The notes under the pieces were generated by a model. It did not search any database. It was given only the letters and a program-made list of their open reading frames with translations, and was not told the origin of the DNA. A program made the position numbers and the translations under genes. 64,000 bases of DNA from Planctomycetota bacterium (lineage in GTDB: Bacteria > Planctomycetota > MHYJ01 > WSZJ01). The stretch is taken from positions 256,001-320,000 of the forward strand of contig JBBTCT010000001.1 in the NCBI GenBank assembly GCA_038060895.1. The letters run 5' to 3'. How positions within the stretch are numbered: position 1 is the first letter of the stretch; the number at the start of each line of letters is the position of its first letter. Positions 63,334-64,000 of the stretch are shown here, piece after piece.

Positions 63334-64000
63334 TGGCGAAGCGAAGACCCGCAAACAAGCGCGTGCCCGCGAGGAAGCCCTCGGCGAGGAATGCAGGGAC
63401 CAGGGCCTCAGCGCCGCCGCTTCCTCCCGACGCCGTCATGATGCAGATGATCGGCGGGCACTGGATTGCGCGAGCGGTGCAGGTGCTGGCGCAGATCGGG
63501 GTGGCGGACCGGATGAAGGGCGGGCCGAAGTCGGCGGCAGAGCTCGCGGCGGCGACGGGGATGCACGCGGGGAGCCTGGAACGGTTGATGCGTGCGGCGA
63601 CCATGTTTGGAGTGTTCGCGCCCGCCCCCGGCGGCAAGTACGCGCTTACGCCGGTCGGCGACACGCTCCGCAGCGACACGCCGAACTCGCTCCGGAACTT
63701 CGCTTCGTTCTTCGCGGAGCCGTGGTACTGGCAGGTCTGGACCGAGTTCCTGCACTCCGTGAAGACGGGTGAGCCCGCGTTCACGAAGGTGCACGGCGCG
63801 CCGGCGTTCGAGTGGTTCGCGAAACATCCGACGGCGGTCGAGGTCTTCAGCAAGGCGATGACATCGTTCACGCGGCAGATCGGCACCGCGGTCGCCGACG
63901 CGTACGACTTCGGCCGGATCCACACCCTCGTCGACGTCGGCGGCGGTCACGGGACGCTCATCGCCGCGATTCTCAAGTCGAACCCGACCATGCGCGGCGT
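63333..64000 (+). CDS. SAM-dependent O-methyltransferase with dimerisation domain, 5' part (runs off window edge)
   Basis: Read by hand from the TAATG overlap: ...AQIGVAD..GGPKSAAELA...LERLMR...SVKTGEPAF...LVDVGGGHG. Confidence 0.88.
   Translation, partial: MAKRRPANKRVPARKPSARNAGTRASAPPLPPDAVMMQMIGGHWIARAVQVLAQIGVADRMKGGPKSAAELAAATGMHAGSLERLMRAATMFGVFAPAPGGKYALTPVGDTLRSDTPNSLRNFASFFAEPWYWQVWTEFLHSVKTGEPAFTKVHGAPAFEWFAKHPTAVEVFSKAMTSFTRQIGTAVADAYDFGRIHTLVDVGGGHGTLIAAILKSNPTMRG

Overview
High-GC chromosomal window with about 55 CDS. The gene content (Ser/Thr kinases, HEAT/TPR/PEGA/YdjY/prenyltransferase-repeat proteins, kdsD next to a giant Lpt-like gene) suggests Planctomycetota; this is an inference. 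Housekeeping genes (ubiX, scpA, kdsD, murD, ubiE/menG, pyrF, pfk, wecA-like) are interleaved with a six-gene fatty-acid modification cluster resembling the furan-fatty-acid pathway, a small toxin-antitoxin islet (AbiE, DUF4160/DUF2442, SMI1/KNR4), iorAB and many uncharacterised envelope proteins. I found no rRNA, tRNA, CRISPR array, transposase, integrase or reverse transcriptase. The most unusual signal is non-coding: at least nine intergenic elements of 70-165 bp whose arms are built from six different short tandem-repeat alphabets, most ending in a shared AAC-G-R-C...G-Y-C-GTT terminal motif, plus further long palindromes. About 13 operon-leading genes also have a TANNNT -10 box only 6-9 nt before the start codon, which points to widespread leaderless mRNAs. 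All calls come from reading the sequence and recognising motifs; no database searches were run.
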